From Armatimonadota bacterium (lineage in GTDB: Bacteria > Armatimonadota > UBA5829 > DTLH01): a stretch of DNA of 64,000 nt. The translations under genes were made by a program, and so were the position numbers. Below the pieces are notes generated by a model, which searched no databases, was not told the DNA's origin, and was given only the letters and a program-made list of their open reading frames with translations. Positions within the stretch are counted from its first letter, which is position 1, and the number at the start of each line of letters is the position of its first letter. Shown here piece after piece: positions 29,014-39,748 of the stretch. Location: the NCBI GenBank assembly GCA_039679675.1, contig JBDKUN010000033.1, positions 96,001 to 160,000 of the forward strand, in the 5' to 3' direction.

Positions 29014-29973
29014 TCAGTTTTTTGGTATATGGACTTTGCTCTCATCTTTCAAGCCGACAGTATCATGCACGATGTAAAGCGGTCGATTTCTGACATCCTC
29101 GTAAATCCGGCCAATGTACTCGCCCAGTATGCCGACGACTATGAGCTGTATGCCTGTAAAGAATGCCAGTATAACGGTCATTATACCGAGTGATGGTAGA
29201 ATAGGGTGCCTGAATAATGCCGTGACGATAGCACATAACCCCACAACAATGGAAGCCAACGTGATAAATATGCCGCCAGTTAAGATGAATCTCAATGGAG
29301 CGAACGAGAAGCTCAGAATTCCATCCAGAGCTAACTTCAGCATCTTTGACAGCGGGTATTTGGTAGAGCCTGCGAACCGCTCAGATCGAAGATATTTAAC
29401 CCCTGTCTGCTTGAACCCAACCCACGTAAACATTCCCCTGACATAACGGTTGTGTTCGCGGAGAGATTTGAATGCATCCAATGCTTTTCGGTCTACCAAA
29501 CGGAAGTCTCCTGTATCAACTGGGATATCCATTCCGGTAAACTTTCTCAGCAACCTGTAGAACATAGCAGCGGTAGTCTTTTTAAACCAGGTTTCGCCAA
29601 GGCGTTCCTTTCGCACTCCATATACAACATCACTGCCTGCTCTCCAATGTCTGGTCATCTCCAGAACGACTTCCGGCGGATCCTGCAGGTCTGCATCCAT
29701 AATTATAATAGCCTGCCCACTGGCAAAATCCATTCCTGCGCTGATAGCGACCTGGTGTCCGAAGTTGCGTGAAAACCGGATTAGCTTGAATCTTTCGTCG
29801 CTGGAGTGAATATCCGTCATTATGTCAAAGCTGCGGTCACGACTGCCGTCATCAACGAGTATTACTTCGCAATCGCCATCCAAGCGCTCCATCAGTTCCG
29901 AAAGACGCCGTGCGAGCTCAGGAAGGGTTTCCTCTTCATTGAACACTGGGATAACAAGCGAATATGTTGGCAT
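29014..29973 (-). CDS. GT2 polyprenol-phosphate glycosyltransferase (GtrB-like)
   Basis: VIPVFNEE, VDDGSRD, SRNFGHQ, MDADLQDPPE, TGDFRL and GEYIGRIY motifs. Confidence 0.9.
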   Translation of the reverse strand: MPTYSLVIPVFNEEETLPELARRLSELMERLDGDCEVILVDDGSRDRSFDIMTDIHSSDERFKLIRFSRNFGHQVAISAGMDFASGQAIIIMDADLQDPPEVVLEMTRHWRAGSDVVYGVRKERLGETWFKKTTAAMFYRLLRKFTGMDIPVDTGDFRLVDRKALDAFKSLREHNRYVRGMFTWVGFKQTGVKYLRSERFAGSTKYPLSKMLKLALDGILSFSFAPLRFILTGGIFITLASIVVGLCAIVTALFRHPILPSLGIMTVILAFFTGIQLIVVGILGEYIGRIYEDVRNRPLYIVHDTVGLKDESKVHIPKN

Positions 29974-30007
29974 TTTATAATACCTCTTTCTCAATTTCGT
30001 ATTGCCG

Positions 30008-31426
30008 CTAGGATCCAGATTGGGGTATTCGAAATACTTGATACACACCGGAGCTATAAATGTTCCGCGCGCTATGCCCGATCAATTCAGTAGACGGGTG
30101 ATATTCCTTCTGGACTACGACCAATGTTGGATGGAATTCTGATGCAGCCTTCTTCCCGCCTGCGCTGAAATCGTCGTTTTCGAGTTCCAGAACCTTAAAA
30201 GATCTATAACCGCCTGATCGAAGAATGATGCCGTATGCCTGTAACTGGTAGTTATTAACACATAACAATCGGTCATTTTGCTTGATTTCTGTAGATAGAA
30301 ATTTGCTGACCTGCATTTCATCTGGGTTTCTATCCCGTATTGGAAGGCAGAGTTTAGAATGGCGTGAGTAATCGGCTTCTTGCATGCCTAGTGTCAGGAT
30401 AATCAGCGCTGCAGCGATCCAGGTCTGCTTTTTAGTGCATTTTGTTATGCCGTATACAGCGTACGCAGCATAGGGAAGAAGCAGTAACGCCGGAATGATC
30501 ACATATCGATCACGAGGATCCCAACCTGGGGTGGTAAATGACTTGTATGCGAGTGGCAGGAGCATTGCGATTGCCAGAGCCACCATATTGATGTTGAGGC
30601 GTCGTTTTACAGCCAGCCACATTCCGACAATGCTCGCCATAAACACAAAAGGTCCGGGATCTTTGGTAAACGATACTGCCCAGCGGTGGACGATATGAAG
30701 TATGTTAAGCGGAGTTCGTCCAGCAAGTTCACTCTTCTTAATGGTATCTATACCGGAAAGAGGATAAAGGAACCCGTATCCCGCCGTATAGTTCATAGCT
30801 CCCCACAAAACAAATGGCAATAGACCGATAACTGCGTAAGGTATTACAAACTTTCTCATCTTGCTCGAAAACAGCATCCAGATTGAGAAGATTCCGGTCA
30901 TAAGCCATGCTTCATGCCTGAATCCACCGCCTATTGCCAAAAGGAAAGCAGCCAGCAAGACTCGCCTGGCTGTTGGTTTCTTACAAAGCGATTGTTCGAG
31001 CATAATATCGGCTGCCAGGAGTGCAAAAAGCGCAAAAGGCGCCTCAGACATCGTTAATGATGACAGTGCTACGTGCATACCAAGGATGCTTAACAACAGT
31101 CCCGTAAACAATGCCACTTTGCGGCCAAACAGCCTGGTGGAGATATTATACAAAGGAATTACAGTAAGAGTGCCTGTGATAACACTGAGCAGCTTACCTG
31201 CAATTAATGGATTGCCGACTAAATAGTAAATAAGGCCGATGGAGTAGAAATGGAGTGGTAGCCATACGCCGTAGCGAAGCAAATGAGGGTGGCAGGCCCA
31301 GTCTACACTCATCAGCGCTCTGCAATCAGGGTCTCCCGGCGCATTTTGTGTAATCGCTGCTATAGTAGCGCGTATTATGCCCGCTAATGCAACCAAGAGT
31401 ATTATATCCCGTTTTCTCTCAGACAA
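30008..31426 (-). CDS. GT-C (ArnT/PMT-like) membrane glycosyltransferase
   Basis: Multi-TM; WLPLH, MSEAPF and DRY motifs; paired with the GT2 gene; TTG start with GAGGAGG RBS. Confidence 0.7.
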   Translation of the reverse strand: MSERKRDIILLVALAGIIRATIAAITQNAPGDPDCRALMSVDWACHPHLLRYGVWLPLHFYSIGLIYYLVGNPLIAGKLLSVITGTLTVIPLYNISTRLFGRKVALFTGLLLSILGMHVALSSLTMSEAPFALFALLAADIMLEQSLCKKPTARRVLLAAFLLAIGGGFRHEAWLMTGIFSIWMLFSSKMRKFVIPYAVIGLLPFVLWGAMNYTAGYGFLYPLSGIDTIKKSELAGRTPLNILHIVHRWAVSFTKDPGPFVFMASIVGMWLAVKRRLNINMVALAIAMLLPLAYKSFTTPGWDPRDRYVIIPALLLLPYAAYAVYGITKCTKKQTWIAAALIILTLGMQEADYSRHSKLCLPIRDRNPDEMQVSKFLSTEIKQNDRLLCVNNYQLQAYGIILRSGGYRSFKVLELENDDFSAGGKKAASEFHPTLVVVQKEYHPSTELIGHSARNIYSSGVYQVFRIPQSGS

Positions 31427-31691
31427 AATAGCCTCCTCTGATACGCTGCAATAACTGCTGTATCAATATGTAGAGCCTGTTCTATCTGTAACAGAAAGCA
31501 GGCAGGAGCACAACTAAATTTTATCTTACTATCGTACCGGTGTCAATGTATTCGCGGTGTTATACTTTCTTATACGGTCTGGCTACTTACAGATTTATGC
31601 CAACTACACAAGACTATACAAATATCTTCGATTATGATAGCTTACTACTCAATATAGTGTATTATAAATATTGCTAATTAGAATTATCGAC

Positions 31692-32795
31692 ATGATGAAG
31701 CCGGATTTAAAGGTTGAATTGACTGATCCTTTCAGATTTAAGGATGGAAGCAGGGTCTCTACCGCGGATGAATGGCCGCAGCGGAGGCTGGAAATGCTGG
31801 ATATAATCGTTGGGATCGAATACGGCGGTTTGCCGCCGGTACCGGTGTCCACTGTGGCAGAAGAGCTTCACACTCATCTGGCGGAAGACGCAAGATTTAT
31901 ATCCTGCAGGGTGATATGCGGGCCGAACTGTGCTTTCTCGTTCCCAATGCAGCTTCTCGTCCCGCCAGGCAGCGGTACATTTCCGGTTGTGCTGACCGGA
32001 GATGCCTGCTGGCGCTATGTTACGGATGAAATCGCCTCTGAGATATTGAGTAGGGGAATGATCCTTGCGCAGTTCAACCGGGTCGAGATCGCGCCTGATA
32101 TCTATAACTCAGACCGTACTTCCGGCATTTATCACATATATCCTGATGAAACTTACGGGGCACTCTCTGCATGGGCATGGGGTTATCATCGCTGCGTAGA
32201 TGCGCTCCTCGGTATGGACTTCGTAGACGGCAGCCACATTGCTGTGGTAGGCCACTCCAGGGGAGGCAAGACGGCTCTCTTGGCTGGAGCTACAGACGAA
32301 CGTATTGCCCTCACATCCGCCAATTGTTCCGGAGCAGGCGGCGCTGGATGTTACCGCTCGCAGGGGCCGGAGTCGGAGCAGCTTTCGGATTTACTGAGAG
32401 CGGTGCCTTACTGGTTTGGCCCACGTCTGCAGGATTACATAGGCCGTGAGATAGAGCTTCCATTTGACCAGCACTTCCTGAAGTCCCTTGTCGCCCCTCG
32501 TGCATTGTTGACTACGGAGACGATTGATGACCTATGGGCAAACCCTACAGGCACATGGCAGACACATGCGGCTGCAAGAGAGGTGTACCGTTTTCTGCAG
32601 GCCGAAAATAGAATCTGCATACGGTTCCGTGAAGGCGAGCATGAGCACAATGCGGACGATTGGCGTGATTTTCTGGACTTTATGGAGTGGCAGCTCTGCG
32701 GCGGCACACGGCCGGGTGGTTTGAATCAGAACCCGTTTGAGGGCCTAATGCCTGCTTATTCCTGGACAGCACCGGGTCCTATTTTGACTGCCTAA
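31692..32795 (+). CDS. CE15-like (glucuronoyl esterase family) alpha/beta hydrolase
   Basis: GALSAWAWG, GHSRGGK, LPFDQHFLKSLVAPR and DLWANP motifs. Confidence 0.8.
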   Translation: MMKPDLKVELTDPFRFKDGSRVSTADEWPQRRLEMLDIIVGIEYGGLPPVPVSTVAEELHTHLAEDARFISCRVICGPNCAFSFPMQLLVPPGSGTFPVVLTGDACWRYVTDEIASEILSRGMILAQFNRVEIAPDIYNSDRTSGIYHIYPDETYGALSAWAWGYHRCVDALLGMDFVDGSHIAVVGHSRGGKTALLAGATDERIALTSANCSGAGGAGCYRSQGPESEQLSDLLRAVPYWFGPRLQDYIGREIELPFDQHFLKSLVAPRALLTTETIDDLWANPTGTWQTHAAAREVYRFLQAENRICIRFREGEHEHNADDWRDFLDFMEWQLCGGTRPGGLNQNPFEGLMPAYSWTAPGPILTA

Positions 32796-33555
32796 ACCGG
32801 CTTGGTGCAAGGCCTGTAAGCTGGCGAAACTGCCGGCTGAAAAAATACACATCACGATAACCCAAACGTTCAGCTACAATTTTCAGCGGGAGTTCGGTGT
32901 GTATGAGCAGTTCGCACGCTGCACTGATCCGCCTGCGTAATAAGTACGTATGTATGGGAACCCCCACAAAAATCTTGAATTGGCGGCGCAATGTGCTTAC
33001 CGACATGCAGAGTTCTTCAGCCAACGCAGAGTAATCAGGCTGTTCCCCGACTGTATTATTCAATCGGTCGATCAAAGCCTGCAGCCATACAGGCCGATCA
33101 ATCATCTCAGCGCGAGCCTTGGCTAAATCAAGGACGATCCGTTCCAGCTCATTCGCAGCAGAAAGAACGGCCAGCCTGTCTCCAGCATCTATTAGGGAGT
33201 GCAGGTGATCTATGCGTGCACCAAATTCCGCGGAAGGCTGGACCTTTTGCGGCGCAAAAGGTAGCAGCCCTTCAGCTACCCAGCCGTCTACTCTTGTACC
33301 TCGAAAGGTAACAAAACGATGCGACCAAAAGCCGAATTGCTCTGATGGACGGTATACGAAATGCGGGCCAGGGTATGTGCACCAGACCCATTGCCCGTCC
33401 AGACTGTAGTTCCGATCATCGATTGCCAGATCTACGCCTCCTCTGTTGACGAACTGCAGGCCGTAATATCCAGCGAAGACGCGGTCTATGGTGTGTCTGT
33501 AATCCGGGATCGAATTGGCTCCAAGAAACTCCAGGGACTCAACCATCATGCACAT
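32779..33555 (-). CDS. AraC family transcriptional regulator
   Basis: C-terminal double HTH: MSVSTLRRQFK..LGYRDVYFFSRQFRQLTGLAPSRFR. Confidence 0.92.
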   Translation of the reverse strand: MCMMVESLEFLGANSIPDYRHTIDRVFAGYYGLQFVNRGGVDLAIDDRNYSLDGQWVWCTYPGPHFVYRPSEQFGFWSHRFVTFRGTRVDGWVAEGLLPFAPQKVQPSAEFGARIDHLHSLIDAGDRLAVLSAANELERIVLDLAKARAEMIDRPVWLQALIDRLNNTVGEQPDYSALAEELCMSVSTLRRQFKIFVGVPIHTYLLRRRISAACELLIHTELPLKIVAERLGYRDVYFFSRQFRQLTGLAPSRFRQSK

Positions 33556-33695
33556 ATATTACAAAATAGTGCGCATGTTGTCCATTGCAGGTGGCGAACT
33601 GTGCTTGTATATTGAAGATGCTGGACATTATACTGATGTTCTCAATTGAACGTATTGTCCAATGCAAGCCATCAGCAAACGAAAGGGCCGGACAA

Positions 33696-34466
33696 ATGAG
33701 CAAAATGGTTACTGGAATCAATTTATTCACCCTACACGAACAGTGCAAAGACTTGGCAGGGCTAAAGTATACGCTGACCAGATTAAGGGAGATCGGGTAT
33801 TCGTGTGTTCAGATATCGGGAGTTTCGCTGGAACCGGAAGTGATAGCAGAAACATTAAAAGAGACCGGTATGAAATGTGCTGCCACTCATATGGGCTGGC
33901 CACAGCTCCGTGATGAAACCGAAAGAGCTATCGAGATACACAAACTGTATGATTGCCGCCATACAGCGATAGGGATGCTGCCGCAGGAGTATCTAAAGGG
34001 AGCGTCAGGGATAGACCGATTCGCAAGAGAAATCTCTGTTCCCGCCCGGAAGCTTGCAGATGCGGGAATCACTCTCTCTTACCACAACCATCATATAGAA
34101 TTTACTAAAGTAGACAGCAAGACATGGCTGGAAGTGCTTTACAATACAATCGATCCCAAGTATCTGAACGCGGAAATCGACACTTACTGGGTGCAGACCG
34201 GCGGCGGTGATCCCGTGCAATGGATACGCAGGATGGCAGGCAGGGAACCGCTCTTGCATGTCAAGGACAAGATAATTACCTTCTCCGGCGAGCAGCGCTT
34301 TGCTGAGATCGGCATGGGCAACCTGAACTGGCCGGAAATTCTTAAGGCGGCAGAGGAATCTGGGGTAGAATACGTTCTTGTCGAGCAGGACTCGATGTAT
34401 GACCGCGACCCGTTCGAAGCGGTCAAGATCAGCTATGATTATCTGGCGTCAATGGGACTATCCTGA
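33696..34466 (+). CDS. Sugar phosphate isomerase/epimerase (xylose isomerase-like TIM barrel)
   Basis: YHNH, EIDTYW, LHVKD and VEQD motifs. Confidence 0.9.
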   Translation: MSKMVTGINLFTLHEQCKDLAGLKYTLTRLREIGYSCVQISGVSLEPEVIAETLKETGMKCAATHMGWPQLRDETERAIEIHKLYDCRHTAIGMLPQEYLKGASGIDRFAREISVPARKLADAGITLSYHNHHIEFTKVDSKTWLEVLYNTIDPKYLNAEIDTYWVQTGGGDPVQWIRRMAGREPLLHVKDKIITFSGEQRFAEIGMGNLNWPEILKAAEESGVEYVLVEQDSMYDRDPFEAVKISYDYLASMGLS

Positions 34467-34475
34467 AAGGACAAG

Positions 34476-35534
34476 ATGTTGAAGAACACACCCGTAAGAA
34501 TTGGGATTGTCGGCATCGGCCGCGCCGGTTGGGGCATGCACTGCGAGGAACTTCGTGGTAAGGAGTCGATGTTCCAAATTGTAGCGGCCTGCGACCTGAT
34601 AGAGGAACGCTGCCGCAAAATGGCCGAAAGGTTCGGTTGTTCCACCTACTCACGTATAGAAGACCTAATAAATGACCCGCAGGTGGAGCTAGTGGACATT
34701 GCCACCAGGTCATGTGATCATTTTACGCACGCGAAGATGGGGCTCGAAGCGGGAAAAGATGTTTTTCTCGAAAAGCCGATGTGCACCAACTACAAGGATG
34801 CCCAGGCACTGGTTGATATTGCCGCCTCCTCAAAGGGCAAGCTGTATATCCGCCACAACCGGCGCTTTGAGCCGGGGTTTCAGCATATTAGGGAAATAAT
34901 CGCATCCGGTATTCTCGGCAAGGTGTTCGAGATAAAACTGCGCAGGGTCTCCTTCCAACGCCGTGACGACTGGCAGACCATTAAAGAGTTGGGCGGAGGT
35001 CAACTGCTGAATTGGGGGCCTCATATTGTAGACCATGCGCTGAGGTTCCTCGAGTCGCCGATGAAATCGCTGTGGAGTGACCTCAAACTCGTGGCTGCCG
35101 CAGGAGATGCCGAAGACCACTTAAAGATAATCCTTACCGGCGAAAACAGGCGCATGGTTGATCTTGAGATAAGCGGTGGAGCATCAATTGGCGAACCAGT
35201 CTACCTGATATGGGGTACGCGCGGCGCGCTGTCTTGTGACGATCAGCACATTACACTTCGTTATCTTGACCCGGACCAACAGCTTTCCGAGCGCGTTGCA
35301 GACCCTGGAACACCGGGAACCAACTCTTTCGGTGCGCCTGAGACTCTCAGTTGGATAGAGAAGACCATTTCCATCGACCCTGCGAAAAAAGTGGATTTAA
35401 CAAGTATCTGGGATGCGCTCTACCGCTCGATACGAGACGGCGAACCGTTCCCAATCAAACTGGAAGAGGCAGTCGAAGTGATGAAGGTAATCTCGGACGC
35501 CAGAGCCATATCAAGCAGTCCATTGCAGCACTAA
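34476..35534 (+). CDS. Gfo/Idh/MocA oxidoreductase
   Basis: IGIVGIGRAG, LEKPM, HNRRF and GGGQLLNWGPHIVD motifs. Confidence 0.92.
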   Translation: MLKNTPVRIGIVGIGRAGWGMHCEELRGKESMFQIVAACDLIEERCRKMAERFGCSTYSRIEDLINDPQVELVDIATRSCDHFTHAKMGLEAGKDVFLEKPMCTNYKDAQALVDIAASSKGKLYIRHNRRFEPGFQHIREIIASGILGKVFEIKLRRVSFQRRDDWQTIKELGGGQLLNWGPHIVDHALRFLESPMKSLWSDLKLVAAAGDAEDHLKIILTGENRRMVDLEISGGASIGEPVYLIWGTRGALSCDDQHITLRYLDPDQQLSERVADPGTPGTNSFGAPETLSWIEKTISIDPAKKVDLTSIWDALYRSIRDGEPFPIKLEEAVEVMKVISDARAISSSPLQH

Positions 35535-37276
35535 TACGGCTGCTTGCGGATGAATTCCATTCTGCTGCCGTAGATACCTGCACCCACGATAGATAATGAG
35601 CCGGGGTACGCTACTTTACCCCGGCCATTTTCAATCTCAATATCGATTGGGCCCTGCGGAGTTACGATGCTTCCCCTTACCCAGTCAAGGTATGACGGTC
35701 TAGGATCGAATGAGAACTCAGTCCACCCCGGTTTGATAGGCGCTGCTCCGAGGAGATAGCGTTGAAGAGCCCAACTTCCTTGAGCAGCCCAGGCATGGCA
35801 TAAACTCAGGATGTCTCCCATGTGCTTCTGGATGGGGAGGGAGCCATCCTTGTAGAACATCTCAAACAGTGTATTGTGTCCCATTTCTGTTATAGTGCCG
35901 GTATAGCGCTTGAACAGGTCGAGAGCGCCATTCACATCACCTGCATGAAAACGGGCAGCTACTTCGTAAGCGTTGGCGTATGGCCAGATGCTGCCGTTGT
36001 GGGAGAAAATGCCATCCAAGATGGGGGATATGTTGATACTTCCTGCATCCGTCCTGTGAAGCCTGTTCATGGAGTCCAAAACCGTCATTACATTCGATGC
36101 AGGCGTAAGCCCTCCAAGGATAGCCCAGGCGTTGGTGGCAAGGTCAGACCGTGGAATATCTCCCTTTTTCGGCTGAACGAAAAGGTAACTCTTCAATTCA
36201 TCGCTCCAGAAGGAGCCATGAAAACGGGAAACGATGTCGTCATGAAGCGTTCTTGACCTTCCGGCACAGTCTGGATCATTCAAGACTGTAAAGAGTTTTT
36301 CCATTGCCCCCAGACCAATCGCCGCCGCAGCCTGGAGTGCTGGAAGAGGTTCGTCTTTCAGAGGGACGGTATACATCCATGAGGATGATGCAAGAATCCA
36401 ACCGTTTGGACTCTCGCGAAATTTACGCTCGCACCAGTCCAGGAATATAGGCATGACTTTGGCAGCAAAACGCATGAGGGTCTGATCGCCGGTATGAAGT
36501 ATATATTCCCAAAGGCATACCGTTTCCCAGAAAGCCCATTCATAAAATATCTGGTGGCTCGATGCACTGCCGGGGAAGAGTCCGTGCTCGCTGCAGCCGC
36601 AGTGCTGGGCGCTCATTATCAGGTATAAACTGTTTGCAATAGGTGTCTGGTCTTCCCAGTTGTAGTACCATGCAAGCGAAGCGGGCCTCAAGTCTCCGCC
36701 CCATATCTCACGGTCCCTCCGGCAGCCGTCCCACTGGACATAACCATTACCGAAAGGCCCGAAAACAGGGGTTTGACTCTCTTCGCCCGGCTGAGTGCAC
36801 AGGTGAACAGTATCTATTCCCATCTGCCAACCGGTATTTATCCCTTCATCACTGCATTCGAAGCTCCCAGACGGTTGCGCGGGGAACTCACTTGGTTTCA
36901 TGGAGACAAAAGTGATTATGGCAGGGATATTGCCGGTGTTTTTAAGTGAAAGGAAACGAAGAGCCATCATTCCGGGGTGAATCAGACCGGGTTCCCGGCT
37001 GAGTTCGACCGCCTCATGTGGATTTGCAGGACAAACACCGGGATCGAAGTATGAGTACGGCTGGGCAAAGACATCAAATATTCGGAGATCACTGGCGCAA
37101 GTGATCTCAAAGTATCCACGGCCTGATACAGTTATCCACCCTGTCCGTTTGCGTCCCCAGTCCAGGATGATAGACTGGCCTGGTTCAACCTTACAGGGGA
37201 ATGCACATTCAATGGAAGTCTCTTGTTCCGGAATATAGCGGTACGGCGTTATATTATCAGTTGTTCCAAGAGCCAA
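35531..37276 (-). CDS. Alpha-L-rhamnosidase-like (GH78, six-hairpin) glycoside hydrolase
   Basis: DGCRRDREIWGGD, SLCHAWAA and PGW..F.P..G.IVTPQG motifs; start uncertain (TTG 37276). Confidence 0.7.
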   Translation of the reverse strand: MALGTTDNITPYRYIPEQETSIECAFPCKVEPGQSIILDWGRKRTGWITVSGRGYFEITCASDLRIFDVFAQPYSYFDPGVCPANPHEAVELSREPGLIHPGMMALRFLSLKNTGNIPAIITFVSMKPSEFPAQPSGSFECSDEGINTGWQMGIDTVHLCTQPGEESQTPVFGPFGNGYVQWDGCRRDREIWGGDLRPASLAWYYNWEDQTPIANSLYLIMSAQHCGCSEHGLFPGSASSHQIFYEWAFWETVCLWEYILHTGDQTLMRFAAKVMPIFLDWCERKFRESPNGWILASSSWMYTVPLKDEPLPALQAAAAIGLGAMEKLFTVLNDPDCAGRSRTLHDDIVSRFHGSFWSDELKSYLFVQPKKGDIPRSDLATNAWAILGGLTPASNVMTVLDSMNRLHRTDAGSINISPILDGIFSHNGSIWPYANAYEVAARFHAGDVNGALDLFKRYTGTITEMGHNTLFEMFYKDGSLPIQKHMGDILSLCHAWAAQGSWALQRYLLGAAPIKPGWTEFSFDPRPSYLDWVRGSIVTPQGPIDIEIENGRGKVAYPGSLSIVGAGIYGSRMEFIRKQPY

Positions 37277-37320
37277 TGAACTAACCTTTCTCCGCTTCCT
37301 TGCTTTCGTGATAGAAGCCT

Positions 37321-39000
37321 TTAGCACACTCCGCAGCGGGTGCATGCTCCAACGTTGCAGCAGGTTGTAATCTGCCCCTCAAGTGCGCGGGTGAACTCTT
37401 TTCTGAGATAGTCTTTTTTTATAAGCAGGTCTATGTGGTCCCATGGGAATATTTCGTCCTCTCCGCGCGGGCGGGATGCGTAAAAGTCCGTATCTATTCC
37501 TGCTTCGGATGCTGCTTTTGCGTAATTGGACCCTGCTGCTGCCGCTGCGATTATTTTGCCAAGCCTTCGGTCGCCGCGGGCAAGCCATGCTTGAACATAG
37601 GCTGACCTGGGGCTCTCGGACGATAGCTCTATCCGTTTTTCGCTTTTTAGAGCGTTTTTGATGCGCTTCAGGCTGCTAGACAGCTCTTTTTCGGGAGCCA
37701 TTCCGCACCACTGGAACGGTGTCCACGGTTTCGGCACGTAGCAGCTTGCGGAAATCTGCAATCTGAACGATGGGTAGCTCTCGGCTATTCTCTTAGCGAG
37801 TTCAGGTATGGCATCGACATCTTCAGGCGTTTCTCCCGGAAGTCCCACCATAAAATAGAGCTTCAGCCTGGGGAACCCAGCTTCGGAAGCCATCCGCGCG
37901 GCATCCATGATCTCATCATCGGTTATCGGCTTGTTGATAATCCATCTAAGCCGCTCGGTTCCGGCTTCGGGGGCTATTGTCAAAGTGCGCTGCCCACCTT
38001 CATACATCATCCGCGCAAGATCGTCAGAAAGGCTTTCGATCCTGGTGGATGAGATGGAAAACTCTTGTCCTTCACTCGTCAGCGACTCGCAAATAGCGTG
38101 CGCTTCAGGATGGTCGAAGACAGAAGACCCTACAAGGCCGACCCTTGAGCCTTCAGGAAGCTCGCCGATCTGCCTTGGCCTCGGCGGAAGCACGATGTGA
38201 CCTGCAACACAGAACCTGCAGTGGCGTTTACACCCGCGCATCACCTCGGCAAGCAGCATATCCGAGAACTCAGCGTCAGGCGTAAGAACGATTGCCTGGT
38301 TTGGGTAACGCTCCAGATCGTGGACAACCCGCTTGGTAACTCTCGATGGAGCATGGGAGTGGACCTCCATTCCAGCTATTGTGCCGTCAGGGCTGTAACT
38401 CGGTGTGTAGAACCGCGGAACATAGACACTGGGTATTTGAGCGAGTTTGGCGAGCAGATCAGCCCTGTCGAGTCCGCCTGAATCCTCCAGCGCCCGGACA
38501 ATATCGCCTATGACTTCTTCGCCGTCACCTATCACGAAGGCGTCTATGATCTCCGCGAGCGGTTCCGGGTTAAAAGTTGCACATGGGCCGCCGGCGATGA
38601 TCAGCGGGTGGCTTTCGTCCCTGTCTGACGCAAAAACCGGCAGTCCTGCAAGCTCGATTATCTTGACGACGTTCACATAATCGAGTTCATAGGAGATAGA
38701 AAAGGCCAGCACATCGAAATCTGCAAGGGGTGTTTGAGACTCTAGGCTGAAAAGCCGTGTGCGCGAGCGCATGAACTCGCGCTCATCGGCAGGCTCTGGC
38801 AGAAACACGCGCTCACAGGCGGCGCCGGGCAGGGAGTTCAGTATTCTATAGATGATCTGGAACCCAAGCGCGGACATTCCGAGCCTGTAAGCCCCCGGAA
38901 ACGCAAGCGCGAACTTCAGTTTACCCTCAAGCGGTGAGTATATGGTTCCGGTCTCCCGCTCAAGCAGTTTTTTTGCTTTATCAATCAGTATTCTCGACAT
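37321..39000 (-). CDS. B12-binding-like radical SAM protein (TIGR03960-like)
   Basis: YRLGMSALG, GGPCATFNPEP, RGCKRHCRFC, TIAPEAGTERLR, LKLYFMVGLP and FPWDHI motifs; C-terminal C..CTRCGVC. Confidence 0.85.
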   Translation of the reverse strand: MSRILIDKAKKLLERETGTIYSPLEGKLKFALAFPGAYRLGMSALGFQIIYRILNSLPGAACERVFLPEPADEREFMRSRTRLFSLESQTPLADFDVLAFSISYELDYVNVVKIIELAGLPVFASDRDESHPLIIAGGPCATFNPEPLAEIIDAFVIGDGEEVIGDIVRALEDSGGLDRADLLAKLAQIPSVYVPRFYTPSYSPDGTIAGMEVHSHAPSRVTKRVVHDLERYPNQAIVLTPDAEFSDMLLAEVMRGCKRHCRFCVAGHIVLPPRPRQIGELPEGSRVGLVGSSVFDHPEAHAICESLTSEGQEFSISSTRIESLSDDLARMMYEGGQRTLTIAPEAGTERLRWIINKPITDDEIMDAARMASEAGFPRLKLYFMVGLPGETPEDVDAIPELAKRIAESYPSFRLQISASCYVPKPWTPFQWCGMAPEKELSSSLKRIKNALKSEKRIELSSESPRSAYVQAWLARGDRRLGKIIAAAAAGSNYAKAASEAGIDTDFYASRPRGEDEIFPWDHIDLLIKKDYLRKEFTRALEGQITTCCNVGACTRCGVC

Positions 39001-39129
39001 GTCTAGCTACATGTTATCTGAAAACATATCCGGCGGCAAATCCGGTCACATATGCAGTGTTTCAGATTCAATATATCGTGCGATAAGGTCTATTGGAGTG
39101 CTGAAATATTCGAAAGAAGGTGAAATTGC

Positions 39130-39660
39130 ATGGTCGAGACTATTGAGACTATTCGTCAGCGAAGAAGCATCCGGGCATATAAGTCCGATCCGGTGAGTGA
39201 ATCGGACTTGAGAGACATAGTAGCGGCAGGGTTTTGCGCGCCGAAAGCGCATGGCAGGCAGGCTGTACATGCAATCGTTGTGACGGATTCCGAAAAGCGC
39301 GAGCAGCTTTCTGAGAGCAACACATGGAGCAGGTTTCTGGCGCAAGCTCCGGCCATAATAGCGGTGTGTGTGGACAAAGATGCAGCTGGAAACTTCTGGG
39401 TTGATGATGGGGCAGCCTTTATGGAAAACCTTATGATTGCTGCACGCGCAAAAGGGCTTGGTACGTGCTGGATAGGCGTCCACGACGCGATCTATGATGG
39501 AGTAGACTCGGAGCATACTGTTCGAGATATATTGAACGTACCGGATAATATGCGGATACTCGCGCTGACTCCTGTAGGCTATCCCGCTGAGGAAAAACCT
39601 GTAAAAGATTTGGAATATCCTTCTGAAAGCGTCCACTGGGACAGCTTTGACAACCAGTAA
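39130..39660 (+). CDS. Nitroreductase family protein
   Basis: RRSIRAY, AP, ENLMIAA and GLGTCWIG motifs. Confidence 0.92.
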   Translation: MVETIETIRQRRSIRAYKSDPVSESDLRDIVAAGFCAPKAHGRQAVHAIVVTDSEKREQLSESNTWSRFLAQAPAIIAVCVDKDAAGNFWVDDGAAFMENLMIAARAKGLGTCWIGVHDAIYDGVDSEHTVRDILNVPDNMRILALTPVGYPAEEKPVKDLEYPSESVHWDSFDNQ

Positions 39661-39748
39661 ACCGGGTTGAAGATATACTGCGGGAACTAAGCTTGTGTAA
39701 ATGTAGCGATTTGCCACAACCTGCCGTTCCCGCAGTGCAAAACGGGAT

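Noticed and set aside
39677..39736. Inverted repeat ACTGCGGGAAC..GTTCCCGCAGT as a MITE
   Set aside because: Single copy in the window with no target duplication; it sits between convergent genes and is probably terminator- or REP-like.
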